A DNA stretch of 59,660 nt. Origin: an uncultured bacterium (GTDB taxonomy: Bacteria > Chlamydiota > Chlamydiia > Chlamydiales > JAAZZY01). A program made the position numbers and the translations under genes. Of the stretch, positions 45,947 to 56,136 are shown piece by piece. Position 1 is the stretch's first letter. The number at the start of each line of letters is the position of its first letter. The DNA lies in the NCBI GenBank assembly GCA_964350945.1, contig CAYGLF010000009.1:1-59660 (forward strand), read 5' to 3'. The notes beneath the pieces were generated by a model. The model was not told where the DNA came from and searched no databases. It saw only the letters and a program-made list of their open reading frames with translations.

Positions 45947-48900
45947 ATGTTAAATTTTAGGAAGTTAAGAAAAGATTTCTCGTCTTCAATTTTAAGACAA
46001 GGTAAAGAGTTATACGATAAAAAAATGGTAGCTACTGCTAAGATTCTTCATATAGATGGGGATATCATGCGGTTGAGTGGCCGTATTAATGGTAATTTTA
46101 GTAATAACTACGAAAGTGAAATTGAGATTGACCGTCTCGATTCAAGTGCGATCGATTCAAACTGTGATTGTCCTTATAGCTACGATTGTCAACATATTGC
46201 CGCACTTTTGTTTCATCTCGAAGAGCACTTAGATCATATTTTGATTTCCTTTTCTAAAGAAAATGAAATTGAGGGGGAGGAAAATGTAGATCGACAAGAT
46301 ATGCAGGAGATTATTGAGGTTGTTAAAGAAGCCCAGAGCAAACAAAAAGCCCAGAATAATCTAGCGTATCAGAAAGAGCTCTTAACGGAATATGTGTCAG
46401 CAGCGGATTTACTGAGTAACTCTCCTTTCTTTTATACCAACCAGGTGGAAGTCGAAGTCGAAAATGCTGAACTTGCCATTATTTTTCATGCACCTGATAA
46501 TCCAATTAATGTTGTTTTGCAGCTGGCCCTTAGACTTCCTTTTCGATCAAAACCTCTTAATATTCCAAATGTACGTGGTTTTTTGAATGCAATTCGTTTT
46601 CAAGAGTCGTTACTTATTGGTGGAAAGCGCTATCGATTTACCTACAAGTCCTTCTTTCCAGAGCACATTGAAATTATAAAAATGATGATAGACCATATCG
46701 GGAGCCAGTCTATTGAAAATGATCTTAATCCTAAACTTATCCCTTTTGCGAAAGTTATTTTTGGTGATCTAATTCACAAAGCTTACCAGGGAGCTAAATC
46801 TCAACTGAGCGTTCATCGTAAAGAGGACGATTTAGAGAGTCTTGTGGTTCCCACAATTTATTGTGCAAACATTGAAACACCCCTCACATTCTCTTTAAAA
46901 AAAGCTCGAATCAACTTTAACCTGGAAGCTATTGTAGAACCCGCCCCCAAGCTTTTTTTACAGCCCTCTATTCGACTTGGAGATGATTTGTATCAGATTC
47001 AAGAGCTATTGTCTTTTGAAGGTTCTAGGCCAGGAGTTATTTATAAGAACATCTACTACTCGTTCTCTTCTGAAATTAAAAGAGTGCATTTGCAAGACAT
47101 CAAGCGGATTGAGAATGTTGTCATTCCTGAGCCTTTATTTGGAACTTTTGTTGAAAATTCATTGCCTGAACTACAGAGATTTTCCGATGTAAATAACCAA
47201 AATAGATTAGAGAGCTTTACGACCCTGCCATTTGTTAGTGAGCTTAAAGCTCGTTGTAAAATTTCCTATATCGACGGGGAGTTAGATGCTGCTTTATACT
47301 TCATCTATGAGGGGATTGAAGTGCCAGTGGCGACCAAAGACTTAAATCTAGAACATTTAGAATCCTTTACCTCCTCTGAAGGGATCCTAGCACGGGACTT
47401 AGTCGAAGAGAAGGTTTTAATAGAGTCTCTTTTCTCAGGTTTCATTTTTCAACCTGCGACAGGGGTCTTTTTAGCAAAATCAGAAAAGGCAATTGTAGAA
47501 TTTATGACTGGTATCGTTCCTAAATTTCAGGGACAGGTTGAATTTCAATGCCCACAAAACCTTCTCAATCAGTTTATCTATGATGAGACTCAGTTTGAGC
47601 TAAAATTTAAAGAAAGTGAAAATATCGATCAATTTTCGGTTGAGCTTAAAGTTAATGGCCATTTGAAGAACGTGAAGCTCGATCTTTTATGGGAGTGTTG
47701 TTCTTCAAAGCGTAATTTTATAGAACTTGATACCCCCTATGCAAAAAACAGCAAATCGCAGGGGATTCACAAAATTTTAGTGCTGGATTTAGAGCGTTTA
47801 ACCCCCATTATACAATTTTTAGACGAGTTAGGCCTCTCAGAGGTCACAAGTCATGTTTCAAATAGACCCTTGTGGGCTCTGGCCACCATCCACGCGACAG
47901 AAATTGATAAGCTTCCAATCAAAGTCTCTATGAGCAAAAAAATCAAAGAGATCCAAAATCAGATTCTAGGTAACACTTCATTTAATGCAAGTCCTGTACC
48001 CAAGGTGATAGAGGCTGATCTAAGGAGTTACCAAGTTGAGGGGGTCAAATGGCTAGAATGTCTAAGAAAGATGCATTTAAATGGAATTTTAGCGGATGAC
48101 ATGGGGCTTGGTAAGACTCTACAAGCCATTGTAGCTCTTACTCAGTTTTATCAAACGGCCCCTGAAAATACATTATCATTGATCGTATGTCCTACCTCGC
48201 TTCTTTATAATTGGCTTGAAGAATTTCATCGGTTCAATCCTAGTCTTAAGGTGCTCGTCATCGACGGCATCCCCAATCAACGAAAAAAACTGCTAAAAAC
48301 CATTCAGAAATATCAAATTTTAATTACTTCTTACAGCCTCTTGCAAAAAGATGTCGAAGTTTATAAAAAGCATAAGCTTGGCTATGTGATCCTAGATGAG
48401 GCTCAGCATATAAAAAATCGTAGCACGCGCAATGCATTGTCTGTCAAAATGCTTCAGTCTTCGTTTAAACTTATTTTGACCGGAACTCCTATAGAGAACT
48501 CTCTCTTAGAGCTTTGGAGTCTCTTGGACTTTTTAATGCCGGGTCTACTCAGTAGTTACAAGCGGTTTGTGGAAAAATATCTTAGAGATTCTGGGCATGC
48601 TAACAAGGTTAACCTAGAACAACTTAAGAAAAAAGTATCTCCCTTTATTCTACGGCGTATGAAGTGCGATGTACTAAAAGATCTCCCCCCAGTCTCTCAG
48701 ATTACCTATCACTGTCAATTGACTCCCACCCAGCAAGAGCTCTATACCTCTTATGTCAATACTGCAAGAGAGGAGCTCTCGTCTCTCGTTAAAAAAGAAG
48801 GCTTTGAAAAGATCCAGATACATGTTTTGGCGACCTTAACCCGCTTAAAACAGATTTGTTGCCATCCCGCCATTTTTGCTAAAGATAAAGTAGAAGAGGG

Positions 48901-49414
48901 GGATTCGGCCAAATACGAGATGCTTTTTGAGCTTTTAGACACATTAATTGAAGGGAAACACAAAATAGTTATTTTCAGTCAATACACTCGTATGTTAAAA
49001 ATAATGCGCGAAGATTTTGAACAACGGGGAATTAAGTTCGCTTACCTCGATGGATCATCCAAAGATCGGCTTCAGATTGTGAAGGATTTTAATACAGATC
49101 CCTCGATCTCAGTATTCCTCGTTTCTCTCAAAGCGGGAGGGGCTGGGCTTAATTTAGTAGGAGCTGACACGGTGATTCATTATGATATGTGGTGGAACCC
49201 AGCTGTTGAAAACCAGGCGACGGACCGCGTTCATCGTTTGGGACAAAATAAGTCAGTGATGGCCTATAAACTTGTCACTTTAGGAACGATTGAAGAGAAA
49301 ATAATAAATATGCAGGACAAAAAAAGAGGACTTGTGAAGCAAGTTATTTGTACAGATGACGAAGCGATGTCTAAACTCACTTGGGAAGAAGTACTCGAAC
49401 TGCTGCAAGTATAG
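45947..49414 (+). CDS. SNF2-family helicase/ATPase with N-terminal SWIM zinc finger
   Basis: SWIM CxC...CxH ([18 protein letters not shown]). SNF2_N motifs [18 protein letters not shown] and the helicase C-terminal domain ([18 protein letters not shown]). 1155 aa. Confidence 0.9.
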   Translation: MLNFRKLRKDFSSSILRQGKELYDKKMVATAKILHIDGDIMRLSGRINGNFSNNYESEIEIDRLDSSAIDSNCDCPYSYDCQHIAALLFHLEEHLDHILISFSKENEIEGEENVDRQDMQEIIEVVKEAQSKQKAQNNLAYQKELLTEYVSAADLLSNSPFFYTNQVEVEVENAELAIIFHAPDNPINVVLQLALRLPFRSKPLNIPNVRGFLNAIRFQESLLIGGKRYRFTYKSFFPEHIEIIKMMIDHIGSQSIENDLNPKLIPFAKVIFGDLIHKAYQGAKSQLSVHRKEDDLESLVVPTIYCANIETPLTFSLKKARINFNLEAIVEPAPKLFLQPSIRLGDDLYQIQELLSFEGSRPGVIYKNIYYSFSSEIKRVHLQDIKRIENVVIPEPLFGTFVENSLPELQRFSDVNNQNRLESFTTLPFVSELKARCKISYIDGELDAALYFIYEGIEVPVATKDLNLEHLESFTSSEGILARDLVEEKVLIESLFSGFIFQPATGVFLAKSEKAIVEFMTGIVPKFQGQVEFQCPQNLLNQFIYDETQFELKFKESENIDQFSVELKVNGHLKNVKLDLLWECCSSKRNFIELDTPYAKNSKSQGIHKILVLDLERLTPIIQFLDELGLSEVTSHVSNRPLWALATIHATEIDKLPIKVSMSKKIKEIQNQILGNTSFNASPVPKVIEADLRSYQVEGVKWLECLRKMHLNGILADDMGLGKTLQAIVALTQFYQTAPENTLSLIVCPTSLLYNWLEEFHRFNPSLKVLVIDGIPNQRKKLLKTIQKYQILITSYSLLQKDVEVYKKHKLGYVILDEAQHIKNRSTRNALSVKMLQSSFKLILTGTPIENSLLELWSLLDFLMPGLLSSYKRFVEKYLRDSGHANKVNLEQLKKKVSPFILRRMKCDVLKDLPPVSQITYHCQLTPTQQELYTSYVNTAREELSSLVKKEGFEKIQIHVLATLTRLKQICCHPAIFAKDKVEEGDSAKYEMLFELLDTLIEGKHKIVIFSQYTRMLKIMREDFEQRGIKFAYLDGSSKDRLQIVKDFNTDPSISVFLVSLKAGGAGLNLVGADTVIHYDMWWNPAVENQATDRVHRLGQNKSVMAYKLVTLGTIEEKIINMQDKKRGLVKQVICTDDEAMSKLTWEEVLELLQV

Positions 49415-49422
49415 GAATTTAC

Positions 49423-50511
49423 ATGATCAAAAGAAATCAATTAAGTGTGTTAATGGAAAGTATGAAGAAAACTGCCCTGCGTCGATTTAATCGGCTTGCG
49501 GGTTTTTTCTCAAGTGATATAGGAATCGATCTTGGAACGGCAAACACACTTGTCTATGTTAGAGGAAAAGGAATTGTTTTATCAGAACCCTCTGTGGTTG
49601 CTGTTGACTCCAAAACAAATGAAGTACTCGCTGTCGGGCATAAGGCGAAGTCCATGCTCGGGAAAACGCCCAAGAAAATCCATGCAGTTCGCCCCATGAA
49701 AGATGGGGTTATTGCTGATTTTGAAATTGCAGAAGGAATGCTTAAAGAGCTTATTCGTCGGGTGACGCCTGCTCGTAGCTTGTTTAGACCGAAAATATTG
49801 ATTGCTGTACCTTCAGGGATTACTGGAGTAGAGAAACGAGCTGTTGAAGATTCTGCTCTTCATGCTGGTGCACAAGAAGTTATCTTAATTGAAGAGCCTA
49901 TGGCAGCAGCAATAGGGGCCGACCTTCCCGTTCATGAGCCTTCGGCAAATATGATTGTTGATATTGGAGGGGGAACCACTGAGATTGCCATTATTTCTCT
50001 TGGGGGGATTGTAGAGTCACGCTCTCTTCGAGTCGCGGGGGATGAATTTGATGAATGTATTATCAACTATATGAGAAGAACCTACAATCTTATGATTGGG
50101 CCTAGAACAGCTGAAGAGATCAAAATCACCATCGGTTCTGCGTATCCTCTGGGTGACAATGAGCTTGAGATGGAAGTGCGCGGGCGTGATCAGGTAGCAG
50201 GCTTACCTGTGACGAAAAGAATTAACTCTGTGGAGATTCGAGAGTGTTTATCAGAGCCTATCCAGCAAATTACCGAGTGCGTAAAGCTTACACTTGAGAA
50301 ATGCCCTCCTGAACTTGCAGCTGATTTAGTAGAGCGAGGAATGGTTTTAGCTGGGGGGGGTGCTCTTATTAAAGGTCTTGATAAAGCACTCATTAAAGAG
50401 ACAGGCCTTCCTGTCATCGTAGCACCTAATCCTCTTTTAGTTGTTTGTTTAGGGACGGGGAAGGCTTTGGACTATCTGGATAAATTCAAAAGAAGAAAAG
50501 TAAAGTTATAG
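49423..50511 (+). CDS. mreB: Rod-shape determining actin homolog MreB
   Basis: [10 protein letters not shown] phosphate-1 motif, [10 protein letters not shown] phosphate-2, and LAGGGALI. The track ORF begins at 49381 inside the SNF2 gene. The first Met after the SNF2 stop is at 49423. Confidence 0.88.
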   Translation: MIKRNQLSVLMESMKKTALRRFNRLAGFFSSDIGIDLGTANTLVYVRGKGIVLSEPSVVAVDSKTNEVLAVGHKAKSMLGKTPKKIHAVRPMKDGVIADFEIAEGMLKELIRRVTPARSLFRPKILIAVPSGITGVEKRAVEDSALHAGAQEVILIEEPMAAAIGADLPVHEPSANMIVDIGGGTTEIAIISLGGIVESRSLRVAGDEFDECIINYMRRTYNLMIGPRTAEEIKITIGSAYPLGDNELEMEVRGRDQVAGLPVTKRINSVEIRECLSEPIQQITECVKLTLEKCPPELAADLVERGMVLAGGGALIKGLDKALIKETGLPVIVAPNPLLVVCLGTGKALDYLDKFKRRKVKL

Positions 50512-50528
50512 GGGTAGGCAGAAATTGT

Positions 50529-52340
50529 ATGGAATTTGACGCGAAAATTGACTCGTGGACGACTCATAGAGAGTTGTGTTCATGGTTAAAGAAAAAAGTA
50601 GCTCTCTGCAAGCCTTTGAATGTACATTTTTGTGACGGATCCTCTGAAGAGTACGCCTCTTTAATAGAGACTTTAAAAAACTCTAAAACAATTGTTGCTC
50701 TAAATTCTCAAGCTCGACCCAACAGTTATCTGGCCTGTTCGGACCCTGCAGATGTTGCCCGGGTAGAAAGCCGGACTTTTATCTGCTGCAAACAGAAAAA
50801 AGATGCAGGCCCCACCAATAATTGGGCAGATCCTGAGAAAATGCAGGTGACTTTGGATCGACTTTTTGATGGGTGCATGCAGGGGCGTACGATGTATGTG
50901 ATTCCCTACTGTATGGGGCCTATTGGGTCAGAGTTTTCACATGTTGGTATTGAAATTACAGACTCTGCTTACGTGGCTTGCTCGATGAGAATTATGGCAC
51001 GCGTTTCTCCTCAAGCATTAGATATGCTAGGAGTTGATCGTCCTTTTATTGCAGGGACTCATTCGGTAGGGTGTCCTTTAAAAGAAGGGCAGAAAGATGT
51101 TGCATGGCCCTGCAGTCCTGACCATCGCCATATTGTTCATTTCCCTGAGAGAAAGAGTATCTGGTCTTTTGGGAGTGGCTATGGCGGGAATGCATTGCTT
51201 GGTAAGAAATGCTTTGCTCTTAGAATTGCCTCAGTTTTGGCAAAGGAACAAGGTTGGTTTGCAGAACATATGTTGATTTTGGGGTTAACCAACCCTGAAG
51301 GTGAAAAGAAGTATTTTGCAGCGGCGTTCCCATCTGCCTGCGGAAAAACCAATCTAGCAATGATGAATTCAGATCTCCCAGGCTGGAAAATTGAATGTGT
51401 GGGAGATGATATTGCATGGATGCATTTTAGACCCGACGGGAAGCTCTATGCGATTAACCCTGAGAATGGATTTTTTGGAGTCGCCCCTGGCACCTCTTTT
51501 GAATCTAATCCAAATGCTATGTATTCAATGGCCAAGAATGCTCTTTTTACGAACGTAGCCCTTACCGACAATCAAGATGTTTGGTGGGAGGGGATAGATG
51601 GAAAAAAGCCGGCTCATTTAACTGATTGGTTGGGGCATAGCTGGACTCCAGAGATGGAGTCAAAAGCAGCCCACCCCAATGCACGTTTTACAGCACCAGC
51701 CTCTCAGTGTCCGACCATCGACCCGAAGTGGGAAGATCCCCAAGGGGTTCCTATTGAAGGGATTATTTTTGGAGGGCGTCGTTCTTGCACTCTTCCTTTA
51801 TTCTTTCAGTCTTTTAACTGGCAGCACGGAACGTTTCTGGGCACGAGCATCTCCTCTGAGACTACAGCCGCTGCTGAATCGGCTGTCGGGAAATTACGCC
51901 ACGACCCCTTTGCTATGCTCCCATTTTGTGGTTATCACATGGCAGATTATTTTAGGCATTGGTTAGAAATGGGGCGTGATAAAGATCCTCAAAAGCTTCC
52001 TAAAATTTTTTATGTCAACTGGTTCAGAAAAGATGAATCAGGGCGTTTTTTATGGCCAGGGTTTAAAGAAAATGCTCGCGTCTTGAAGTGGATGTTTGAG
52101 AGCATTGAGGGGAAAGATGTTAAAGAAAAATCACCTTTGGGATACTTGCCAAAAGACAAAACACTAGATGTCTCAAATTTAGAGCTTAGGCCTAATGCTT
52201 TGAAAAAATTATTTGAAGTAGATAAACATTCTTGGAAAAATGAGGTTTTAGAGTTGAAAGAGTATTATCAACTCTTTGGAGATCAATTGCCTCAGGAAAT
52301 TATTGAAGAGCTAGAAGCTCTTGAAAAAAGACTTGGTTAA
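50529..52340 (+). CDS. pckG: Phosphoenolpyruvate carboxykinase (GTP)
   Basis: GTP-PEPCK signatures: kinase-1a SACGKTNLAMM, the FPSACGKT context, and the length. Confidence 0.92.
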   Translation: MEFDAKIDSWTTHRELCSWLKKKVALCKPLNVHFCDGSSEEYASLIETLKNSKTIVALNSQARPNSYLACSDPADVARVESRTFICCKQKKDAGPTNNWADPEKMQVTLDRLFDGCMQGRTMYVIPYCMGPIGSEFSHVGIEITDSAYVACSMRIMARVSPQALDMLGVDRPFIAGTHSVGCPLKEGQKDVAWPCSPDHRHIVHFPERKSIWSFGSGYGGNALLGKKCFALRIASVLAKEQGWFAEHMLILGLTNPEGEKKYFAAAFPSACGKTNLAMMNSDLPGWKIECVGDDIAWMHFRPDGKLYAINPENGFFGVAPGTSFESNPNAMYSMAKNALFTNVALTDNQDVWWEGIDGKKPAHLTDWLGHSWTPEMESKAAHPNARFTAPASQCPTIDPKWEDPQGVPIEGIIFGGRRSCTLPLFFQSFNWQHGTFLGTSISSETTAAAESAVGKLRHDPFAMLPFCGYHMADYFRHWLEMGRDKDPQKLPKIFYVNWFRKDESGRFLWPGFKENARVLKWMFESIEGKDVKEKSPLGYLPKDKTLDVSNLELRPNALKKLFEVDKHSWKNEVLELKEYYQLFGDQLPQEIIEELEALEKRLG

Positions 52341-52427
52341 CTCACAATTTTTATTGTTCTTTTTTTCTTCAACCTTTTATAATAGTTTCTTTTTAACAAT
52401 CAATTATTTAGAGGGAACTTCATATCT

Positions 52428-52862
52428 ATGAGCACTGAACAAAAAACACTGTCAATTATTAAACCCGACGCTGTTGGGTGTAATGAGATTGGAGCTATCT
52501 TATCTAAATTTGAAGAAGCTGGTTTGGTAATTGTTGCAGCAAAAATGATGCACTTATCAAAGGAACAAGCTCAAGAATTTTATGGGATTCATAAAGACAA
52601 ACCCTTTTTTGATGAGCTTGTTGATTTTATGACTTCAGGTCCTGTAATGGTTCAGGTGCTGCTAGGTGAAGATGCTGTGAACAAGAATCGTGAAGTTATG
52701 GGAGCCACGAACCCAGATAATGCAAACAAAGGAACTATTCGCGCTGAGTTTGCAAAGTCAGTAGGAGAAAATGCAGTTCACGGTTCAGACAGCCCAGAGA
52801 CAGCCGCTCAAGAAATCTCCTTTTTCTTTAAAGAGAGTGAGATTTTAGAGAGAACTCGTTAG
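52428..52862 (+). CDS. ndk: Nucleoside diphosphate kinase
   Basis: [11 protein letters not shown]-terminus and the active-site NAVHGSDS histidine motif. Confidence 0.92.
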   Translation: MSTEQKTLSIIKPDAVGCNEIGAILSKFEEAGLVIVAAKMMHLSKEQAQEFYGIHKDKPFFDELVDFMTSGPVMVQVLLGEDAVNKNREVMGATNPDNANKGTIRAEFAKSVGENAVHGSDSPETAAQEISFFFKESEILERTR

Positions 52863-52902
52863 GTCTCTTTTCAATAAAACTTCTTTTTTTTCATAATAGT
52901 TT

Positions 52903-53637
52903 TTAAAGAGAGAACTCCCTGCCTAGGTAGCTCTCTCTTGCTTCTTTATTATTAACGAGATCTTGTGCCGTGCCACTAAAAGTAACTTGTCCTTGTTGAA
53001 TCAAATAGCAACGGTCGACCACTTGAAATATTTCACGTGCGTTATGATCTGTAATCAGAATGCTAATTTTTTTGTAGGCGAGTAATCGGATCATTTCTTT
53101 GACATCATGGATGGTAATTGGGTCGATATTTGCAAATGGCTCATCTAAAAGTAGGAAAGATGGGTTTGTCACGAGAGCTCTTGTAATTTCTAATCGCCTG
53201 CGCTCACCTCCTGATAGGGAAGTTGATTTTTTCTTAGCAAGTTTTTGTAAGTTGAGCTCTGAGAGAAGCTCTTCTAAACGTTTTTTTCTTTCTCTATAGG
53301 TGAGAGGAAGTGTTTCTAAAATGCATAAGATATTTTTTTCAACACTCAGATTTCTAAAAATAGAAGGCTCTTGGGCTAGATATCCCATTCCCATTTGGGC
53401 ACGTTTAGAGATTGAATAAGAAGAAATATCTTGCCCTTTAAAAAAGATTCGCCCTTTATCTTGTTTAATCAGTCCCACCGACATATAAAAAGCAGTTGTT
53501 TTTCCAGCCCCATTTGGACCTAACAAACCCAAAACTTCCCCTTCATGAATTCCAAAGCTAAGCTTTTCAACGACCTGCTTAGAGCCATATCTTTTTTCTA
53601 GTTTGTCTACGCGGAATAAAAAGTCATCTTGCGTCAT
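52903..53637 (-). CDS. lptB: LPS export ABC transporter ATP-binding protein
   Basis: Walker A GPNGAGKTT, signature LSGGERRR, Walker B LLLDEPF. Context next to lptA/C-like genes and kdsA. Confidence 0.85.
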   Translation of the reverse strand: MTQDDFLFRVDKLEKRYGSKQVVEKLSFGIHEGEVLGLLGPNGAGKTTAFYMSVGLIKQDKGRIFFKGQDISSYSISKRAQMGMGYLAQEPSIFRNLSVEKNILCILETLPLTYRERKKRLEELLSELNLQKLAKKKSTSLSGGERRRLEITRALVTNPSFLLLDEPFANIDPITIHDVKEMIRLLAYKKISILITDHNAREIFQVVDRCYLIQQGQVTFSGTAQDLVNNKEARESYLGREFSL

Positions 53638-54254
53638 AAGGTCTCCTTACTTTTTAAAGAAAAGTGATCTTTTAAATCCTTAAAATCTTTGGGATCAAAT
53701 AAGATGCTGGTATCGCCTATACTCTGTATTCTAGGTTTAGAGGTGCTAATACTATGGTCAATTAAGATTTTTGGCGCACTTAAATGCGTGTTATTTGAAG
53801 GGTCATAGTAGGTGACCCGTCGACCCGAATTGGCAGACAATATGACTTTTTCATGTCGATAATCATAATCTAGTTGGTCAGCGTGTGCATACTCAGGGTC
53901 GGACTCTTCTTTTTTTAAGCTCCTCTCTTGCATTAAGTAAACATTTCCATAGATTTTGAGTTTATCTAACAAAATTTTGTTGTCTATATGAGTATAGCTA
54001 AGTTCTAACTGGTCGGAATAAAGGTCTCTAATGCCATCTTGAAAATGGATCTGTTTTTGAGGGGTTGGGTGCGAGTTAAGGCATCTTAAATTATGCAGAT
54101 TACAGTCTAGTTGTACGGGCTCATAACAGGTAATGACAAAGTTTTGTTCTTTGATCGGATGATGGTAGGTAATATGTGTTTTGCCCTCGCAGGTAATTGG
54201 GAAGTCTGCAAAAAGTACTGTAGAAAAAAAGATAAAGAGGAGGTAAAACTTCAT
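53634..54254 (-). CDS. Putative LptA-like periplasmic protein
   Basis: Signal peptide, beta-rich. Called by position only, between the lptC-like gene and lptB. Confidence 0.4.
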   Translation of the reverse strand: MKFYLLFIFFSTVLFADFPITCEGKTHITYHHPIKEQNFVITCYEPVQLDCNLHNLRCLNSHPTPQKQIHFQDGIRDLYSDQLELSYTHIDNKILLDKLKIYGNVYLMQERSLKKEESDPEYAHADQLDYDYRHEKVILSANSGRRVTYYDPSNNTHLSAPKILIDHSISTSKPRIQSIGDTSILFDPKDFKDLKDHFSLKSKETL

Positions 54255-54916
54255 GGCATAACTTCTGGTTGAGTGATAGAGGCATTTAAATTGTGCGCTG
54301 ACAGTCTAGGTTCTTGTCCGCTCAATATAAACTGTATCGAGTCACATTCACCCTCTAATATTTTAACCCCTTGTTTTAGAGGCATTTTATCAGAAATCTC
54401 ATGTCCAGGCAACTGATAGATCGTTATTAAAGAGTGTTTTGCATTAAATTCTTGAGAGTTGTAGTTATAGCACCCTAAACTTACTTTTAAAACGCACACT
54501 TGCTGCATGGGGGTTCCCTCTTCGGAGGACTCCAAACCATTTTTATCTATATAGTATTTTTTTTGCTGAATGTAGCAAAGGCAGTCATTTATTTTTTCTA
54601 TAGCATTTGTTTGAAATTGAATGTCTTGTTGTAGCACTAGAGTCGATTCATTGCTTTTGATCAGGGCTCTTAGTTTTTCCCCTTTCCTCGAAATCCACAG
54701 ATTTTTGCTTACCTCTTCTCTCGATGAAGAGCCTTGCGAGGCTTGCACTTTAGGTTGCACATCCTGTAATGTTTTTTGATACCGTGCTTTTGACCGGGGA
54801 GTAATTCTAAAGACTTCTCGAGCTGTGAAGAAAAAACATATGAATAAGCATAGAAAAATCAATGAGCTTCTTTTTTTAAACATCGAAGGATTGAACCGTG
54901 CGGTAGATTTTTTCAA
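54251..54916 (-). CDS. Putative LptC-like membrane-anchored protein
   Basis: Single N-terminal TM anchor. Positional call only, between kdsA and the lptA-like gene. Overlaps the kdsA 3' end. Confidence 0.35.
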   Translation of the reverse strand: MKKSTARFNPSMFKKRSSLIFLCLFICFFFTAREVFRITPRSKARYQKTLQDVQPKVQASQGSSSREEVSKNLWISRKGEKLRALIKSNESTLVLQQDIQFQTNAIEKINDCLCYIQQKKYYIDKNGLESSEEGTPMQQVCVLKVSLGCYNYNSQEFNAKHSLITIYQLPGHEISDKMPLKQGVKILEGECDSIQFILSGQEPRLSAHNLNASITQPEVMP

Positions 54917-55703
54917 GTTGAGTGATTAATTGCGGGAGTTTTTCAAATGAAAAAACAGAGGCTGAATCACTCAGTGCCTCTTTGGGGCAAGGGTGTGCTT
55001 CGATAAACAAGGCATTGGCACCAGATGCAATTGCAGCTTTTGCTAGGGTAGGAATAAATTCTCTTTGTCCGCCTGAACTTTTCCCAAGCCCCCCCGGAAG
55101 TTGGACTGAGTGAGAGGCATCAAAGCAGACCGGATAGCCTAGTTTCTGCATAATGGGGATTGCACGCATGTCACTGACCAGGTTGTTATATCCAAAAGAG
55201 GTGCCACGATCTACTAAAATAATCTGATGGTGTCCGCAGCTTTCAATTTTATCCACCACCTGTTGCATATCCCAAGGAGCTAAAAACTGTCCTTTTTTGA
55301 CCTGGATAACCGCTTTGGTTTGAGCGCAGGCCACTATAAGATCCGTCTGTCTACATAAAAAGGCGGGGACTTGGATGATATCACATACCTCAGCGGCAAG
55401 GTGCGCCTGTTCTTCATTGTGCACATCAGTTACAATGGGCAGGTCAAGTTCAGTTTTGATTCGTTTTAAAATCCGAAGGCCTTCTAGTAGGCCGGGGCCT
55501 CTAAATGAGTCTATCGAACTTCTGTTGGCTTTATCGAAGCTAGATTTAAACACAAAGTTGACATTTAGCGAGCTAAAAATCTGTTTGAGCTTACTTGCAC
55601 ACTCAAATGTATGTTCCTCATTTTCAATGACACAGGGCCCAGACATTACGGTGAGTTTTTGTTTTTCCCCAACTTTAAAGTTTTTAATAGTAACAGTATG
55701 CAT
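54876..55703 (-). CDS. kdsA: 2-dehydro-3-deoxyphosphooctonate aldolase (KDO-8-phosphate synthase)
   Basis: Conserved KSSFDKANRSS and FDASHS motifs. 275 aa. Confidence 0.9.
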   Translation of the reverse strand: MHTVTIKNFKVGEKQKLTVMSGPCVIENEEHTFECASKLKQIFSSLNVNFVFKSSFDKANRSSIDSFRGPGLLEGLRILKRIKTELDLPIVTDVHNEEQAHLAAEVCDIIQVPAFLCRQTDLIVACAQTKAVIQVKKGQFLAPWDMQQVVDKIESCGHHQIILVDRGTSFGYNNLVSDMRAIPIMQKLGYPVCFDASHSVQLPGGLGKSSGGQREFIPTLAKAAIASGANALFIEAHPCPKEALSDSASVFSFEKLPQLITQLEKIYRTVQSFDV

Positions 55704-55873
55704 AAAATTTTTTATATTGGTTTTATTTAATTCATTAATTATAATCCATCAGCAAATAAAAGCAAGCAGGGCAATCACGTAAGTTATCTGATTTTGCCTC
55801 GCGCCTTTATACCAAGCTCTATCACTGTTTTAGAGCCAGCAAATTGAAACTAAAACTCTCACGAGGACGAATA

Positions 55874-56128
55874 ATGAAAGAATTTGTCGAATATATTGTA
55901 AAGTGTCTAGTAGATAATCCGGACGATGTTAAAATTAGTGAAATCGGGGGAACCCAAACTCTTATTATTGAGCTGTCAGTACAGAAAGCTGATATTGGAA
56001 AAATTATAGGGAAAAAAGGAAAGACGATCAATGCGATTCGTACTCTTCTAATGTCTGTTGCAAGCCGCAATGGAATTCGAGTGAGCCTTGAAATTCTAGA
56101 AGAAGGTGGAGAAAAGGTAGAAGCTTAA
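55874..56128 (+). CDS. khpA: KH-domain RNA-binding protein (KhpA/UPF0109)
   Basis: GKIIGKKGKTINAIR is the KH GXXG loop. About 84 aa from the internal Met MKEFVEYIV. The track ORF starts 10 codons earlier. Confidence 0.7.
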   Translation: MKEFVEYIVKCLVDNPDDVKISEIGGTQTLIIELSVQKADIGKIIGKKGKTINAIRTLLMSVASRNGIRVSLEILEEGGEKVEA

Positions 56129-56136
56129 ATAAATCT

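Noticed and set aside
50342-50349. G8 homopolymer inside mreB
   Set aside because: It encodes the conserved AGGGA glycine motif (gct ggg ggg ggt gct), so it is a coding constraint rather than a phase-variation tract.
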